64,000 bases of DNA from Octopus vulgaris (lineage: Eukaryota), in assembly GCA_951406725.2 (NCBI GenBank), contig OX597820.1, positions 19,344,001 through 19,408,000 on the forward strand, written 5' to 3'. The position numbers and the translations under genes are program-made. Positions within the stretch are counted from its first letter, which is position 1; every line of letters begins with the position of its first letter. The notes under the pieces are model-generated. The model was given only the letters and a program-made list of their open reading frames with translations. It had not been told where the DNA came from and did not search any database. Positions 36,823-50,867 of the stretch are shown here, in pieces.

Positions 36823-38220
36823 ATTGATATTTTCTACTTATATATGATAAACTTATTATATACTGTGCTCAGATGCACTACAGCACATCAGAAAAAGTAA
36901 CCAAAACTGCATGAACAGTACACAGAATACACACAAGAACTGCAATACATTTTCAGTATCTGCTCTAGCTGCACTTTTCATACCTACCACTAAAAGTATT
37001 TGATGCTTACTCTGTAAAGAGATATTTGGTGAAGTATGATAGTGGTGTCAGGCGTGGCATGCAGACCACCATATAACTTGTTTGACATGCGCATTGTGTT
37101 TTTATTCTTCTCTTCCGTTTTATGAATCCAGTGTGTACATGTACATTGCGTGTTCATACTTTTCTGTCCGGTTCCTATTCAAAACTGTTTACAGATCACA
37201 ACCGTCTCATTAACCTGCGTTCATGAGGACTGTTTCATGCTCTGATGGTTGTGAACAAATTGGGAAAATCTGAAAAATTTTCTTTTTGAAGTGTTACTGG
37301 GGATGTCTCTGCTTCTCACAGCATTAGGAGAGGGTTTGAAAAAATTTTTTTTCTTTTCAAAGCTGTGGGCTAAAACCACTTTCCACAGTCAAATGGTAAT
37401 AAAAATTTTGAGTGGATGTATCCCCTTTCTGCATTCAAAGAGATGTAAAAAAAAAAATTTTAAAAAAAGAAGAAGAAAAGAAGGGATTAGACAATATCTG
37501 AACACTCGCTGCTGAAATACCCTTTAACCATAGGTCAACTTGATCGAACCTGATCTGGGACTAAATTAGAAATAACACACCAACCATGTATTGAGGTCAT
37601 TTTAATTACATACCTTCCTCAAAATCTATGGCCCTGTGTTTGCGTTAGGAACGTATATTAATAAATAAACAGCTGTAAAAGCTGCTTTGAAAAAAAAAAG
37701 GCAAAAAGGAAAACATTGATTCGTTATCGAGAGATAGCTTGTTAGGAACAGCAACAAGCAAACAAACTAAGCTCATCAGAGGGCTTCTATTCTGCAACAA
37801 TGATCACCTCAAGTAATTAATATCATATTGATTTTAGCAATTAGCTTCAAAGATAGCGAGGTTTTTGTTTGTTTATTAATTTGTTTTGTTTGTTGGTTTT
37901 GTTCTCCCCTTTATAGTCGAGCTCAAAAGGTGGGGTTGCTTGTAAAGAGCAGTGCTTTTGCTCTGGTTTCATGGGAGAAGCAATCTTATAAAAATAAAAG
38001 AAAGGAAGAAAAAAAAGGCATACACACAGTAGCTGAGTGGTTAAGAAGCACGTGCCCGCAACCACATGGCTTTCAAGGTCAGTTCCACTTCGTGGCACCT
38101 TGGGCAAGTATCTTTTAATTATAGCCCTAGGCCAATCAATGATGTGATGACTAAGTGAATTAGGTACATGGAAACTGTGAGGGTGTCCATTGTGTGTGTG
38201 TGTATACATACATACATACA

Positions 38221-38279
<59 letters not shown>

Positions 38280-38449
38280 TATTATATATATATATATTTA
38301 TACACACACGCATATATCTTGCATCTTTTACTTGTTTCAGTCATTGGACTGTGACCATGCTGGAGCACCGCCTTGAAGTATTTTAGTCAAATGAATCGAC
38401 TCGCGTTTTTTTTTCTTTTTTGAAGTCTGGTATTTATTGTATCTGTTTT

Positions 38450-38483
<34 letters not shown>

Positions 38484-38864
38484 TTATATATGAGAGGCTT
38501 CTTTCAGTTTCCATCTTCCGAATCCACTCACAAGGCTTTGGTCGGCCCGAGGCTATAGTAGAAGACACATGCCCAAGGTGCCACACAGTGGGACTGAACC
38601 CGGAACCATGTGGTTGGTAAGCAAGCTACTCACCACACAGCCACTCCTACGCCTATATATATAAATTTTTTACACCAAATTACAAACAGTAAATGTTTAA
38701 CCCTTTTGATACCAACCCAGCTGAAACTGCCTCTGGCTTTGTAGTACAAATGTATTACCATTCAAAAGTTCTGAATTAAAATCTTCCACCAAACTTTAGT
38801 CTCAATTTATGTTCCTAACACTAGCTTAATGATAACCTATATATATATATATACACATATATAA

Positions 38865-39085
38865 AATACAAAATGAGACAAGAACGCAAAACATCCGGAC
38901 ACCTAGGTGATACAAAAAGGGACAACAAAACATCCAGATAGACGATACAAAGAAAACAAGGACGGGTCATTCGAAATTTTCTTTCCTAAGTCAAGCATCA
39001 GATTATCCTCACAATTTCGGCTGATTATTCTTGAGATTGTTCCAATCTGGCCAGCCCCAAGGAAAAACTAAGCTAAGAGCAATAT
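38865..39085 (-). mobile_element. Repeat inserted in a (TA)n tract, related to 46365-46560; possible Penelope-like remnant
   Basis: Shared gatacaaag..aaacaa..gac(g/a)ggt(c/t)attcg..ctttc(c/t)t(a/c)agtcaag..cagat layout. Confidence 0.4.
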
Positions 39086-39384
39086 ATATATGAATAATTT
39101 TTGACACCATATTACAAACTATAAGTGTTTGAAAGAAGTTGACAGTCTTTGTATGTTTCTCAATTGCAAACTTGTGTCTTCCATGTTGCAGTAGTTTTAG
39201 TTACAACACAAGATCTAAAGTGCAAAACATTTGCCATACATCTCCATAATATGTATGTGCATGTATGCATGTATATACATATATACATACATATATGTGT
39301 GTGTATGCAAGTCGAAATTAAAAACAAAAACAAGAAAAATCGAAAAGATGTACACAGTGAATGTATTAAGTTGACACTCAGTTT

Positions 39385-39492
39385 AAAATATATATATATA
39401 TATATGTGTGTGTGTGTTTGTGTGTGTGTATATATATATATTTATATGTCTGTGTGTTTTGTGTGTGGATATGTATATATATATATATGTAT

Positions 39493-39536
<44 letters not shown>

Positions 39537-39545
39537 GTGTGTATG

Positions 39546-39592
<47 letters not shown>

Positions 39593-39797
39593 AGGTATTG
39601 TGTGGATATATATGTATTGTTTGTTTATATATATATGTGTTTGTGTGTATATATATATATGTATGTATCTGTGTATGTTTGTGTATATGTATGTTTGTAT
39701 GTATATATGTGTGTGTGTGTGATTATGTAAGTATGTATATATGTTTGTGTATATGTATGCATGTGTGTATGTGTGTGTATATATATATATATATATG
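39385..39797. repeat. (TA)n/(TG)n compound microsatellite
   Basis: Seen directly; similar blocks at 15222-15540, 32455-32700, 41420-41800, 50340-50862. Confidence 0.95.
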
Positions 39798-40293
39798 CCT
39801 CTTATGTTATGTTGACACCCTTGATATAGTGCATTCAATAATTATGTTCTTTGGTTAATAGTTGTTAATATTGTAATTTTCATATATAGTTTTTTCCCCT
39901 CCGTCAACACAATTGTGTTACTTTTGCATTTTCTAATTGACTTTATGAAGACACTTTGTCACATTGAAACAGAAAGCTTTCTGTGTGCTCAAACGCCTTC
40001 AAAAATATCCTGGAAATTGCAAAATGATTGCCAAAATTGAAAAATTACTAATTTTTTTTTTTTAGTTGTGTTATTGTTCTGGAGTTTGTTATGTTTTGTT
40101 TTATTTATTTGTTTCCATCTTTCTTCACCGGGTTCCTTTCTTGCTTTTTGTCAACTCTTGTCATCTTTAAAATATGTCGTCTTATTACTACATCTTCTTC
40201 AAGTGTTATGGATGGAGCGTTCTCATTTTCAACTATCAGGCAGTCTTGTATATTTTGTTGTGCTGTGTGCTTATGTGTATATCTGTGTGTGTG

Positions 40294-40349
<56 letters not shown>

Positions 40350-40560
40350 CAAAATGTGTCCTTGTGTGTACCGTTGGCAATTTTTTTCCTCCGTCTTCCC
40401 TTCTCTGGATCTTTCCTTCTCCTATGTTTCCGACGAAGAACTCCGCTCGAAACATTAAACCCTCCTTCTTTCCTTCTTTCCTGAGCGTCCAATAATACTA
40501 TATTTGTTCCATGTCCTTGCGTTGTTGTGTTTTTCTGTGCTTTCTTGTTTGGATTAACTA
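40350..40560 (+). mobile_element. Penelope-like terminal-repeat remnant in (TA)n with degenerate hammerhead
   Basis: gttt CCGACGA a gaac tcc gctc GAAA catt aaac (40426-40460); downstream ttcctgagcgt..aatac shared with the 17741 family. Confidence 0.55.
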
Positions 40561-40624
40561 TATATATATGTATGTATATATGTATGTATTTGTGTGTGTG
40601 TACATAGGTATTTATATATATATC

Positions 40625-41297
40625 TTTCTTTATTGCCCTCAAGGGGCTAAACATAGAGGGGACAAACAAAGACAGACAAAGGGATTAAGTCGATTACATC
40701 AACCCCAGTGCGTAACTGGTACTTTATTTATCGACCCTGAAAGGATGAAAGGCAAAGTCAACCTCGGTGGAATTTGAACTCAAACCTAACGGCAGACAAA
40801 GTACTGGAAAGCATTTTGCCCAGCACGCTAACGTTTCTGCCAGCTCGCCGCCTTCATATGTATTTATATATGTGTGTATACATATGTGTATGTATATATC
40901 TATTCTTTTGTTCTTTTTACTTGTTTTGGTCATTTGACTGCAGCCATGCTGGGGCACTACCTTTAGTTAAACAAATCAACACCAGGACTTATTCTTTGTA
41001 AGCCCAGTACTTATTCTATCGGGCCGCTTTGCCGAACTGCTAAGTTACAGAGACGTAAATACACCAAGACTGGTTGTCAAGCGATGTTGGGCGGACAAAC
41101 ACAGACACTCAAACCCATACATATACACATATACGATTGGCTTCTTTCAGTTTCTGTGTACTAAATCCACCCACAAGGCTTTGGTCAGTCTGAAGGTATA
41201 GCAGAAGACTCTTGCCCAAGGTGCTGAGCAGTGGGACTGAACCCAGAACCATTTAGTTGGTAAGCAAGCTTCTTACCACACAGCCACACCTGTGCCT
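40625..41297 (-). mobile_element. Family B SINE (40625-40854) followed by family A SINE (40905-41297)
   Basis: Family motifs on - strand. Confidence 0.85.
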
Positions 41298-41482
41298 ATA
41301 TACATATGCAGAAACCAAGCCAAAACAGACTGCCGCCTAGTGTATATCTCTGGCTTACCAGCCCCAGTCAAACCATTTTACCCATGCTAGCATGGAAAAT
41401 GGCTGCTAAACGATGATGATGAGGATATGTATGTATTTGTGTGTTTACATATACATATATATGTATGTATTTGTGTGTTTAC

Positions 41483-41529
<47 letters not shown>

Positions 41530-41641
41530 CATCATCATTATCGTTTCACGTCCGCTTTCCATGCTAGCATAAATATATATATATATATATGTGTGTCTAT
41601 GTGTATAATGATGAGGATATGTATGTATTTGTGTGTTTACA

Positions 41642-41679
<38 letters not shown>

Positions 41680-41736
41680 TATGTGTGTGTGTGTGTGTCT
41701 ATGTGTATATATGATGAGGATATGTATGTATTTGTG

Positions 41737-41774
<38 letters not shown>

Positions 41775-42825
41775 TATGCATATAAATATGTCTATGTGTA
41801 TATATGTATTTGTATGTACATGTATGATGTGTCATCATCATCATTGTTTAACATCTATGTATGTGTCTATGTAATGTGTAGGTATATGTTTGTGTGTATA
41901 CATGCGCACACACTCTCACACACACCCATACACACACACACAGATGAGCGTTGTGAAAATTCTCATTTCCTCACTTTTTATTTATTCCTTAATGACTGCA
42001 ACTGGAGTGTAAGGCAACAACGAATGCTAGATTAGATTAGATCTGTGTAGCAAGCAAGCCAAAGTTAGCAAGAGCATTGTCGAAGGGCTTATTATTAACA
42101 AGTCATGCGTAACAGCCTTATGATGGTGTGGCTTTCGCTTGTAATACACATGAATATTAATGATCTGGTTTTAAATCCATTGGATTGAAGGTGTGCTGCA
42201 AATTAAATTTTCGCCACATTTAAAATGTTAAATATAAATTCAAATTTCTATGCAAATGTTATATTAAGAAGAGAGAAAGAGAAGAAGGCAAAGTTATTGT
42301 TATCGTTATCGTTATAATGTGGTGTTATAAAGCAAAGTTGAGGGATGTCAGTTTTTGTTATCCTCGGACACTTTCCTATAACTGCTGTGTTATCTGATAT
42401 TTTTGTTCTAAAACCTTTCCGTTTTGTTTCTCTGCCTCTCGTTCAGCACCCCCACCCCACCCCCTCCGTGCCCCCTGCCTGACCCCTCCCTGCCCTGCTC
42501 TGGCATTAAATACCACATTGCACATATATGCAGAAAATGGAATGCAGTTGCCAGTTAGCTGCACCATACCAAAAATGTAGCCTCGATCGTTTCGCGAGGC
42601 ATCGGCTAATATCGAATGTTCGTTATTTGATAGCGTAGATGTGTTGGAACAGAGGAACAAGGAATAAAAGAGACAGATAGAGGAAATGATGCGATTAGCT
42701 GAGGTAACACTACATGCAAAGTTTCCTTTTACCTTGTACCCCCATAAGAGTTTGTTGATATTGTGCAGTCATTGCGTTACATTTCTGTATCGTGGATATT
42801 GTTTGTCTAATATCATGTTGCGCTT

Positions 42826-43053
42826 TTAACCCTTTAGCGTTCAGATTAATCCGTCGAATGTAATGCTTGTTGACTCACATTATTTTGAATAAATTATGCA
42901 GTGTCTCATGGCTTTGACATTTTGATTATATGATTGTTTGTTTTTAGAGTGAAATTGCGGGATAGGTGTGAGAGGTTAGATCTAGCTGGTTTCAGCTTAA
43001 AACTTGTAGAATATTTGAGCTGGCTATGACAAGTCTAAATGCTAAGAGGTTAA
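42826..43053 (+). mobile_element. piggyBac-like MITE with TTAA target duplication
   Basis: TTAA ccctttagcgtt ... aatgctaagagg TTAA. Confidence 0.75.
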
Positions 43054-43445
43054 GGCGACAAGCTGCCTGTATCGTTACTGTGCCTAGCAAAATACTTATT
43101 GACATTTTTTCTGTTTTTACATTCCGAGTTCAACTTCCACTGAGGTCAGCTTTGCCTTTCATCCATTTCGGGAGGATAAAACAAATACCAGCTGAATACT
43201 GGGGTTGATGTAATCGACTTACTCTCATCACCTGAAAGTGCTGGCCTCGTGCCAAAATTTGAAACCAATATCATGTCATGCTTTCCTTTTGTTCATGGTA
43301 TTAAGTCCAACCAAAAGACAAATTCTTGGGCTAGAGAACCACTCCCAAGCCTCAGGGATTCTGCCCGTAGGAACATACTAATAGAGCAAATGTATATGTA
43401 TGTTCTCTTTTATTATTAATTATTTGATTTGAAGTTATCCTGTAA

Positions 43446-43760
43446 TCATCATCATCATCATCATCGTTTAACGTCCACTTTCCATGCTAGCATGGGTTGG
43501 ACGATTTTAACTGAGGTCTGGCGAACCAGATGGCTGCACCAGACTCCAGTCTGTTCTGGCAGAGTTTCTACAGCTAGATGCCCTTCCTAATGCCAACCAC
43601 TCTGAGAGTGTAGTGGATGCTTTTAACGTGCCACCAGCACAAGGGCCAGTGAGGTGGTACTGGCAACCGCCACGCTCAAATGCTGCTTTTTATGTGCCAC
43701 CTGCACAGGAGCCAGTCCAGCGGCACTGGCAATGACCTCGTTCGAATGTTTTTTCACGTG
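43446..43760 (-). mobile_element. Family E RTE-tailed retroposon
   Basis: (cat)n cgtttaacgtccactttccatgctagcatgggttggacg... Confidence 0.75.
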
Positions 43761-44056
43761 CGGAAGGAGTTAATTTCTAACAAAGGTCCAAAGCTCCATC
43801 ATTGGAATGTCAACAACAAAAACAATGTAAAATTCTGAACTTGAGAAAAGTCTCACATATTTTTACTGTTCCACTTGCAGATTGTATTTGTAATGTGCAT
43901 GTTAGCAGGTTAATTTCTTTTTCTGAAAATCCTATCTTATCCAGATTGTTACTCGAGCATTTACTCCCAAAACACAAGTGCACCAGCTATTATTGGTATA
44001 AATGGGAATTTATAATCTAGGTACAGAAGCTGAAGGTTTCAGAGCAGTTGCCCATA

Positions 44057-44270
44057 CTCTGTTGTGTCTGGGGAGAGTCATTTTCTTTTTGTGCCTTATA
44101 ATGTAACACACTCACTGGTAAAATTTCCACTTCCTATTTTTATTTTTATTTTTACCAGTGAGTGTGTTACATTATAAGGCTCAAAAAGAAAATGACTCTC
44201 CCCAGAAACAACAGAATATGCTTCAACACACGAACTCAAATAAAGAATCTTGCAAACCAAATCCAAAAAT
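44057..44270. mobile_element. Fold-back insertion with ~70-bp inverted arms and 13-bp TSD
   Basis: Arms ~44053-44124 / 44150-44220; gcagttgcccata at 44044 and 44271. Confidence 0.8.
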
Positions 44271-44494
44271 GCAGTTGCCCATAGTTATCCTCATTCTCTT
44301 TGATTTTCCAAAGATATATTCTCATTAACAGGGCAACAAATCATTATGATGGGACATGCTTTTTCTTGCCTGTCCCAAGCAATGATATCTGGCCAGTTAT
44401 GTGTGCACTTGGTAGAAGTTTTGATGGGGAACATTCCACCAATATTTGTTGTAGTGATGTTTGTGTATGTATGTAAGTATGCATGCATGTATAT

Positions 44495-44926
44495 ATCATC
44501 ATCATCATCATCGTCATCGTTTAACGTCCGCTTTCCATGCTAGCATCGGTTGGACAGTTCGACTGGGATCTGGGAAGCCAGGAGGCTGCACCAGGCACCA
44601 GTCTGATCTGGCAGTGTTTCTACAGCTGGATGTCCTTCCTAACACCAACCACTCCATGAGTGTAGTGGGTGCTTTTTATGTGCCAGGTGAGGCTGGCAAC
44701 GTCCACGATTGGTTGGTGCTTTTTACATGCCATCAGCACAGAGGCCAGTCGAGGTGGCGCTGGCAACGGCCACGTTCGGATGGATCTTTTTACGTGCCAC
44801 CGGCACTGGTATCACAACTACAATTTCCATTGATTTTTGATTGATTTCGATTTCGCTTGCCTCAACGGGTCTTTGCAAGCAGAGTTTTGTGTCCCAAGGA
44901 GGAAAGGTATACATAAGTGGACTGGC

Positions 44927-44930
<4 letters not shown>
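44495..44930 (-). mobile_element. Family E element, longer copy
   Basis: Same tail with a longer body. Confidence 0.7.
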
Positions 44931-44961
<31 letters not shown>

Positions 44962-46271
44962 GTATTTATGTGTGTATTCTATTAGTGAGACTTGTATCAA
45001 AGTCAACGTGCTGATTGGTGAAGCATGTACACATATGTCAGAGAAAATTAATTCAGTTTCTGTATTTGTCCAATTGTGTTGACAAGACAAAATGCTTTGT
45101 TACCCAACACTAGACAGTGTAGCGTCGCATCTAGCAGCAACATCTGCACTGTTTCAACGAGTTGCTAACCACAGACAATCTTATTTTGCACCAGTAGATG
45201 CTGTTAAGCTTCCTTTTCAGCATGTACACACACATATATATATATATATGTGTGTGTGTATGTGTGAGTTCTCAAAAGACTTCTTTTTTTTTAAATCGTC
45301 TTTGTAAACACAAACTGACATCGGTAATGTGAACGTATATGCTTGAGCACATGCGTACTTACGCACTCGCATGCTTGCCTCCGTGTGTCTGTGTGTGATT
45401 CCCTCTATCCACTTGTAAACTTTCACGTATGCATGCATGCATGCAAGCATCCATACAGATCTTCTGCTGTCAAGTTATTTCATGAGTAATCCTTGATGCA
45501 CTGAATAATAGATGTAGTATATAGCTATGAGATATATAAATATTAGTTATAAGTAATGCTTTCAATAGAACTAATGAAATAATAATAATAATAATGGTTT
45601 GAATATAATTTAACTAATTTATCTGCAGCAAAGTATGCAATGACCCCCACTCGAGATAAATTTATAGATTCTATTAAAACTGTTACTAGGCACAGATGTG
45701 GTTATGTTGTAAGAAGTTTGCATCCTAACCACATTGTTCTGAGTTCAATCCCACCATGTGCCTATGTTCCACCTTGGGCAAGTATCTTCTACTATATTTC
45801 TTGGCCAATGAAAGCCATAAGGATTTGGTAGTTGGAAACTGAAAGAAGCTCATCATATATATATATATATATATATATATTGGGCATGGCTGTGTGGTTA
45901 GGGAGCTTGCTTCCTAGCTACATGGTTTCGGGTTCAGTCCCACTGCGTGGCACTTTGGGTAGGTGTCTTCCACTATAGCCCCAAGCAGACCGGAGCTTTG
46001 TGATTGAATTCGGTAGGCAGAAGTTACTGCCGTGTGTGTATGTGTGTGCGTAGCTGGTCAGTGCCTCTCCGAAAGAGAGAGAGGGATATATATATATATG
46101 TATATATATTTATATATGTGGTTGGACTTAGCACCATGAACCAAAGGAAAGCACAACATGATATTGGTTTCAAATTTTGGCACAAGGCCAGCACTTTCAG
46201 GTGATGAGAATAAGTCGATTACATCAACCACAGTATTCAGCTGGTACTTATTTGATCCATCCAAAATCATT

Positions 46272-46303
<32 letters not shown>

Positions 46304-47799
46304 TTAGAGAGAGAGATAGGTGAGAACAAGTGTCTATGTATGCTACTATATGTATATATAAATATTAAAAAAATGGAACAAAAGTGCAATAGAGGACAAT
46401 AAAACATTCTGACAGATAGATGATACAAAGATGAACAGGAGAAACAACAATTAGAAGGACAGGGAAAAAAGACAGGTTATTCGTGGCCTTCTTTCTTCAG
46501 TCAAGTCACCAGATGTCCTTACTGTTTCAGGCAGTTACACTCGAGACTGTTCAATCTGTTGCATTTTGAGCATTTTGCCTGGCATACTAATGATCCTGCC
46601 AGTTCACCACCTTAAATCTTTTTTATGTTCTTTTCTACTCTAGGCACAAGGCCTGAAATTTCTAGGGAGGGGACCAGTTGATTAGATTGACCCAGTATGC
46701 AACTGGTACTTTAATTTATCAACCCTGCCGAAAGGATGAAAGACGAAGCCAATCTCTGTGGGATTTGAACCCCAGAACATAAAGACTGATGAAATACCGC
46801 TAAGCATCTCACCTGGCGTGAATCTTTTTTATATTAAAAGGTAAAACATCTATCAAAAAACAAAAAAAGAAACAACCAACATGAGTACGTTTAAAGCCAA
46901 AATATGACTTGGTTACGTTGAGGCATTAGTAGTAAATCTCTGATATGACTTTATTATCACATCCATTGTTTATTAACAAAGGTTTGCCCTCACTACAAGG
47001 TAGCGGACTTGATTTAGATTTGTCGAACCATTTGCTGGGTTAAATGTCAGAGCAGGTACATCGGTCAGATGTTAGAGAGGTCAAGAACTTTCTTCCCTTT
47101 CTTCATATTGAACTGTATTATTATTGAAGAGAATACACTGACCGAACAGGTCACAAACGGAGGCTGTTATAAATTGCGCGTAAGCCTGTCTGTTATACTA
47201 TTATCAAATATATTCTTTGCCTTTTACTTTTCTTTTCTTTATTTTTTTTTGTGGTTTTTTTTTTTTTTTTGAGACTCGTTATAAATCACCTGGGTTGATA
47301 CCACTGACCACAGGAGATAACACCACCAACCCATCCCTCATTGAAGTTCATATAATATTTACTGCACTCTCTTTTCTTACGCTCTGTCTTTCCTTATGAA
47401 CCATGCTTCAGAAGACTACTCTCTTTCTCCACGCGCTCCACACGCTTGCCATATTTGAAGGAATCATGACAGATTTACATCCATTTTTCCTACGTTAGCA
47501 CAGACCTGACGTTTCTGTAATTTCTCGCAAATGAATTATCGCCACGAGCATTTATTTTTGTCTTTTTTTGGGGGGGGGGAGGCTGCTTTTTTTTGTTGTT
47601 GTTGTTGTTGTCTGTTTTATTTTTATTTTGCTGAATCATTGCTTTCCTGATGAAACCATTCTAGGTATGAAGTAGAAGTAAGTACCTGTTTGACGGCTGA
47701 ATTTACTGAGCCAAACCAGCGAACTTTGATCAGAGACACTACAGCAATTGAACCACTGATCATTGTGTCAGTATACATGATATAACAATTCTCATTTCA

Positions 47800-48358
47800 C
47801 TTTCTCTCTTTATATCTCTCTCCTTCTGTCTCTCTCTCTTTATATCTCTCTCCTTCTGTCTTTCTCTCTTTATATCTCTCTCCTTCTGTCTCTCTCTCTT
47901 TATATCCCTCTCCTATCTCTCTTTCTCTCTCTCTTTATCTCTATATCTCGCTCTTTATCTCTCTCTCTCTCTTTATATCTCTATATCTCACTCTTTATCT
48001 CTCTCTATCTCTTTATCTCTCTCTCTCTCTTTATCTCTATATCTCGCTCTTTATCTCTCTCTCTCTCTTTATATCTCTCTCCCTCTCTCTCTTTATATCT
48101 CTCTCCCTCTCTCTCTCTTTATCTCTATATCTCGCTCTTTATCTCTCTCTCTATCTCTTTATATCTCTCCCTCTCTCTGTCTCTCTCTTTATATCTCTCT
48201 CCCTCTCTCTTTATCTCTATATCTCGCTCTTTATCTCTCTCTCTCTTTATATCTCTCTCTCTCTCTCTGTATCTCTCTTTATCTTTATCTCTCTCTCTTT
48301 ATCTCTGTCTCTCTCTCTTTTTATATCTCTCTTTCTGTCTCTCTTTATATCTCTCTCC
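47800..48358. repeat. (CT)n/(tttatatctctc) polypyrimidine minisatellite
   Basis: Begins as 30-bp units tttatatctctctccttctgtctctctctc, then degenerates. Confidence 0.92.
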
Positions 48359-49411
48359 TGCTTTTTCTCATTACTTATTTATTCTCTTTATTTCTCATCA
48401 TTCATTCCACCCCCCTCTCCCTGTCCTTTTCCCCGTCTCCCCTCACTCTCCACCACCTTCTCTCTCTGTCACTTCTCTCCGCCACCTCTCTCCTTCCTCT
48501 TCTTTCACATGTACATATGCACACACACACACACACACACATAGCTTCTAAAATTTAAGGATTTTTTTCTTTCCTAACACTTCATATATTAGTTACTGCT
48601 TCCAAATTAGTTTTATAAATTTCTGAAATAAAGATACTCTCCAATTTTTTTTTTTTTTTCTTCACATTTAATCCTCTTAACTCCCTCAATATTCTTCCCA
48701 TCACATACATCATCACCTACACATCTCCAATTTGTATTACTTTTCCTTCAAAAAATTTTTTTTTCTTTTCTGAATCTAATTTCATCTATTTTCTTGTTCT
48801 CTTAATAAAATATTATTAGCCGTTCTGTCATAGAGTGGAAAGATAAAAAGCTTGAGCCATTCATATTCGAGTTTCCGTGAGAGTAAAGAGAAACCACAAT
48901 GTCGCTGTTATGACCAGCGGTGTCGTAGTTTAATTGTTATTTTCCAACATCCATCCCCCCAGATGCATTGTATCTCATTAGCTATTACACATGACTGTGA
49001 GTTGCGAATCCTTTGTTAAAAACATCACTGGGAGAGAGATAGAGAAAGAAGAATGCGTGTGTGTGTACTAGTGTGTGTGTGTGTGTGTATTAAGAGAGAG
49101 AGGCTGAGAGATTTCTATGGAAGCTGCTATGAGCTGTCATAGTTATCATCGTTGCCGTTGTGATTGTCACACTCAGCCAAACTATGATTGCAGATCAATT
49201 CCTCTTTTGCCTGTTTACTTCTTCTTTATCCATCCAGCTTGGCGAAAATTTATCAATTTTTATCTCTGCAAATGTGTGAATGTACTTGCATCTTGTCCCC
49301 CCCCCCCCCATCACCCTGTTCTTTCTTAGGGTGTTTTCTATGGTTTTATTTATTTTTGATATCGTTTGTTAGGTGGCAAGCTGGCAGAATCATTACTGCC
49401 CTTGGACAAAA

Positions 49412-49803
49412 TGGATGGATGGAAGCACTCCGTCGGTTACGACGACGAGGGGTTCCAGTTGATCCGAATCAACAGAACAGCCTGCTCGTGAAATTAAAGT
49501 GCAAGTGGCTGAGCACTCCACAGACACGTGCACCCTTAACGTAGTTCTTTGGGATATTCAGCGTGACACAGAGAGTGACAAGGCCGGCCCCTTGAAATAC
49601 AGGTACAACAGAAACAGGAAGTAAGAGTGAAAGAAAGTTGTGGTGAAAGAGTACAGCAGGGATCACCACCATCCCCTGCCGGAGCCTCGTGGAGCTTTTA
49701 GGTGTTTTCGCTCAATAAACACTCACAACGCCCAGTCTGGGAATCGAAACCGCGATCCTATGACCGCGAGTCCGCTGCCCTAACCACTGGGCCATTGCGC
49801 CTC
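49412..49803 (-). mobile_element. Family C SINE, full length, young
   Basis: Intact CpG-rich head gaggcgcaatggcccagtggttagggcagcggactcgcgg..ggtttcgattccc; (tcca)n tail. Confidence 0.88.
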
Positions 49804-50487
49804 TACCTGTGTGCCTATATATGTTGTGTGGAGATGCCCGCCCTCCCGTCACCCTGTTCTTTCTTAGGGTGTTTTCTATGGTTTTATTTATTTTTGATAT
49901 TGTTTGTTTCTGGTTAGGTGGCAAGCTGGCAGAATCATTACTGCCCTTGGACAAAATAAATGCCTCATTGCATTTTCTCCATATTTATATATCTGAGTTC
50001 AAATTCCACCGAGGTCAACTTTGCCTTTCATTTTTCCAGGGTCAGTAAAATAAGTACCAATTGAGTACTGGGGTTAAATGTAATTGACTTACCCCTCCCC
50101 TCTCAGAATTGCTGGCCTTGTGCCAAAATTTGAAGCCAATATTAGTTGTTGATGTGGGGTAAAATGTAATTGACCCCCCTCCCGAATTGCTGGCCTTGTG
50201 CCAAAATTTGAAGCCAATATTAGTTGTTGTTGTTGATGTTTTTTAAATGTTAATTATTTTTGTTGTTGTTTTTACAATCAATTATTTCTATTGTTTCTGT
50301 TATGTTCATTTCTATTATATATCAGTGTATACATCTGTAGATATGTATGTATAATTGTGAGTGTGTATATAAATATATACACATGTACATAAATATGAGT
50401 GTGTACATGTGTAAGTTTGTATATGTATGTAAATGTATATGTTTATCTGTGTGGGCATGCATATATATATATATATATGTATGTATG

Positions 50488-50520
<33 letters not shown>

Positions 50521-50602
50521 ATATATATATATATATATAATGTATGTATGTATATATATATATATGTATATATATATGTATATATATATGTATATATATA
50601 TG

Positions 50603-50634
<32 letters not shown>

Positions 50635-50800
50635 TATATATATGTATGTATATATATATGTGTGTGTGTGTGTATGTATATATATATGTGTATGTATGTA
50701 TATATATATATGTATGTATGTGTGTATGTATATATATATGTGTATGTATGTATATATATATATATGTATGTATGTATATATATATATTTATATGTGTGTG

Positions 50801-50867
<67 letters not shown>

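Noticed and set aside
46470-46560. - strand CTGAAGA..GAAT, with a related site near 38970-39060
   Set aside because: Helix II absent and second box non-canonical; kept only as a possible repeat remnant
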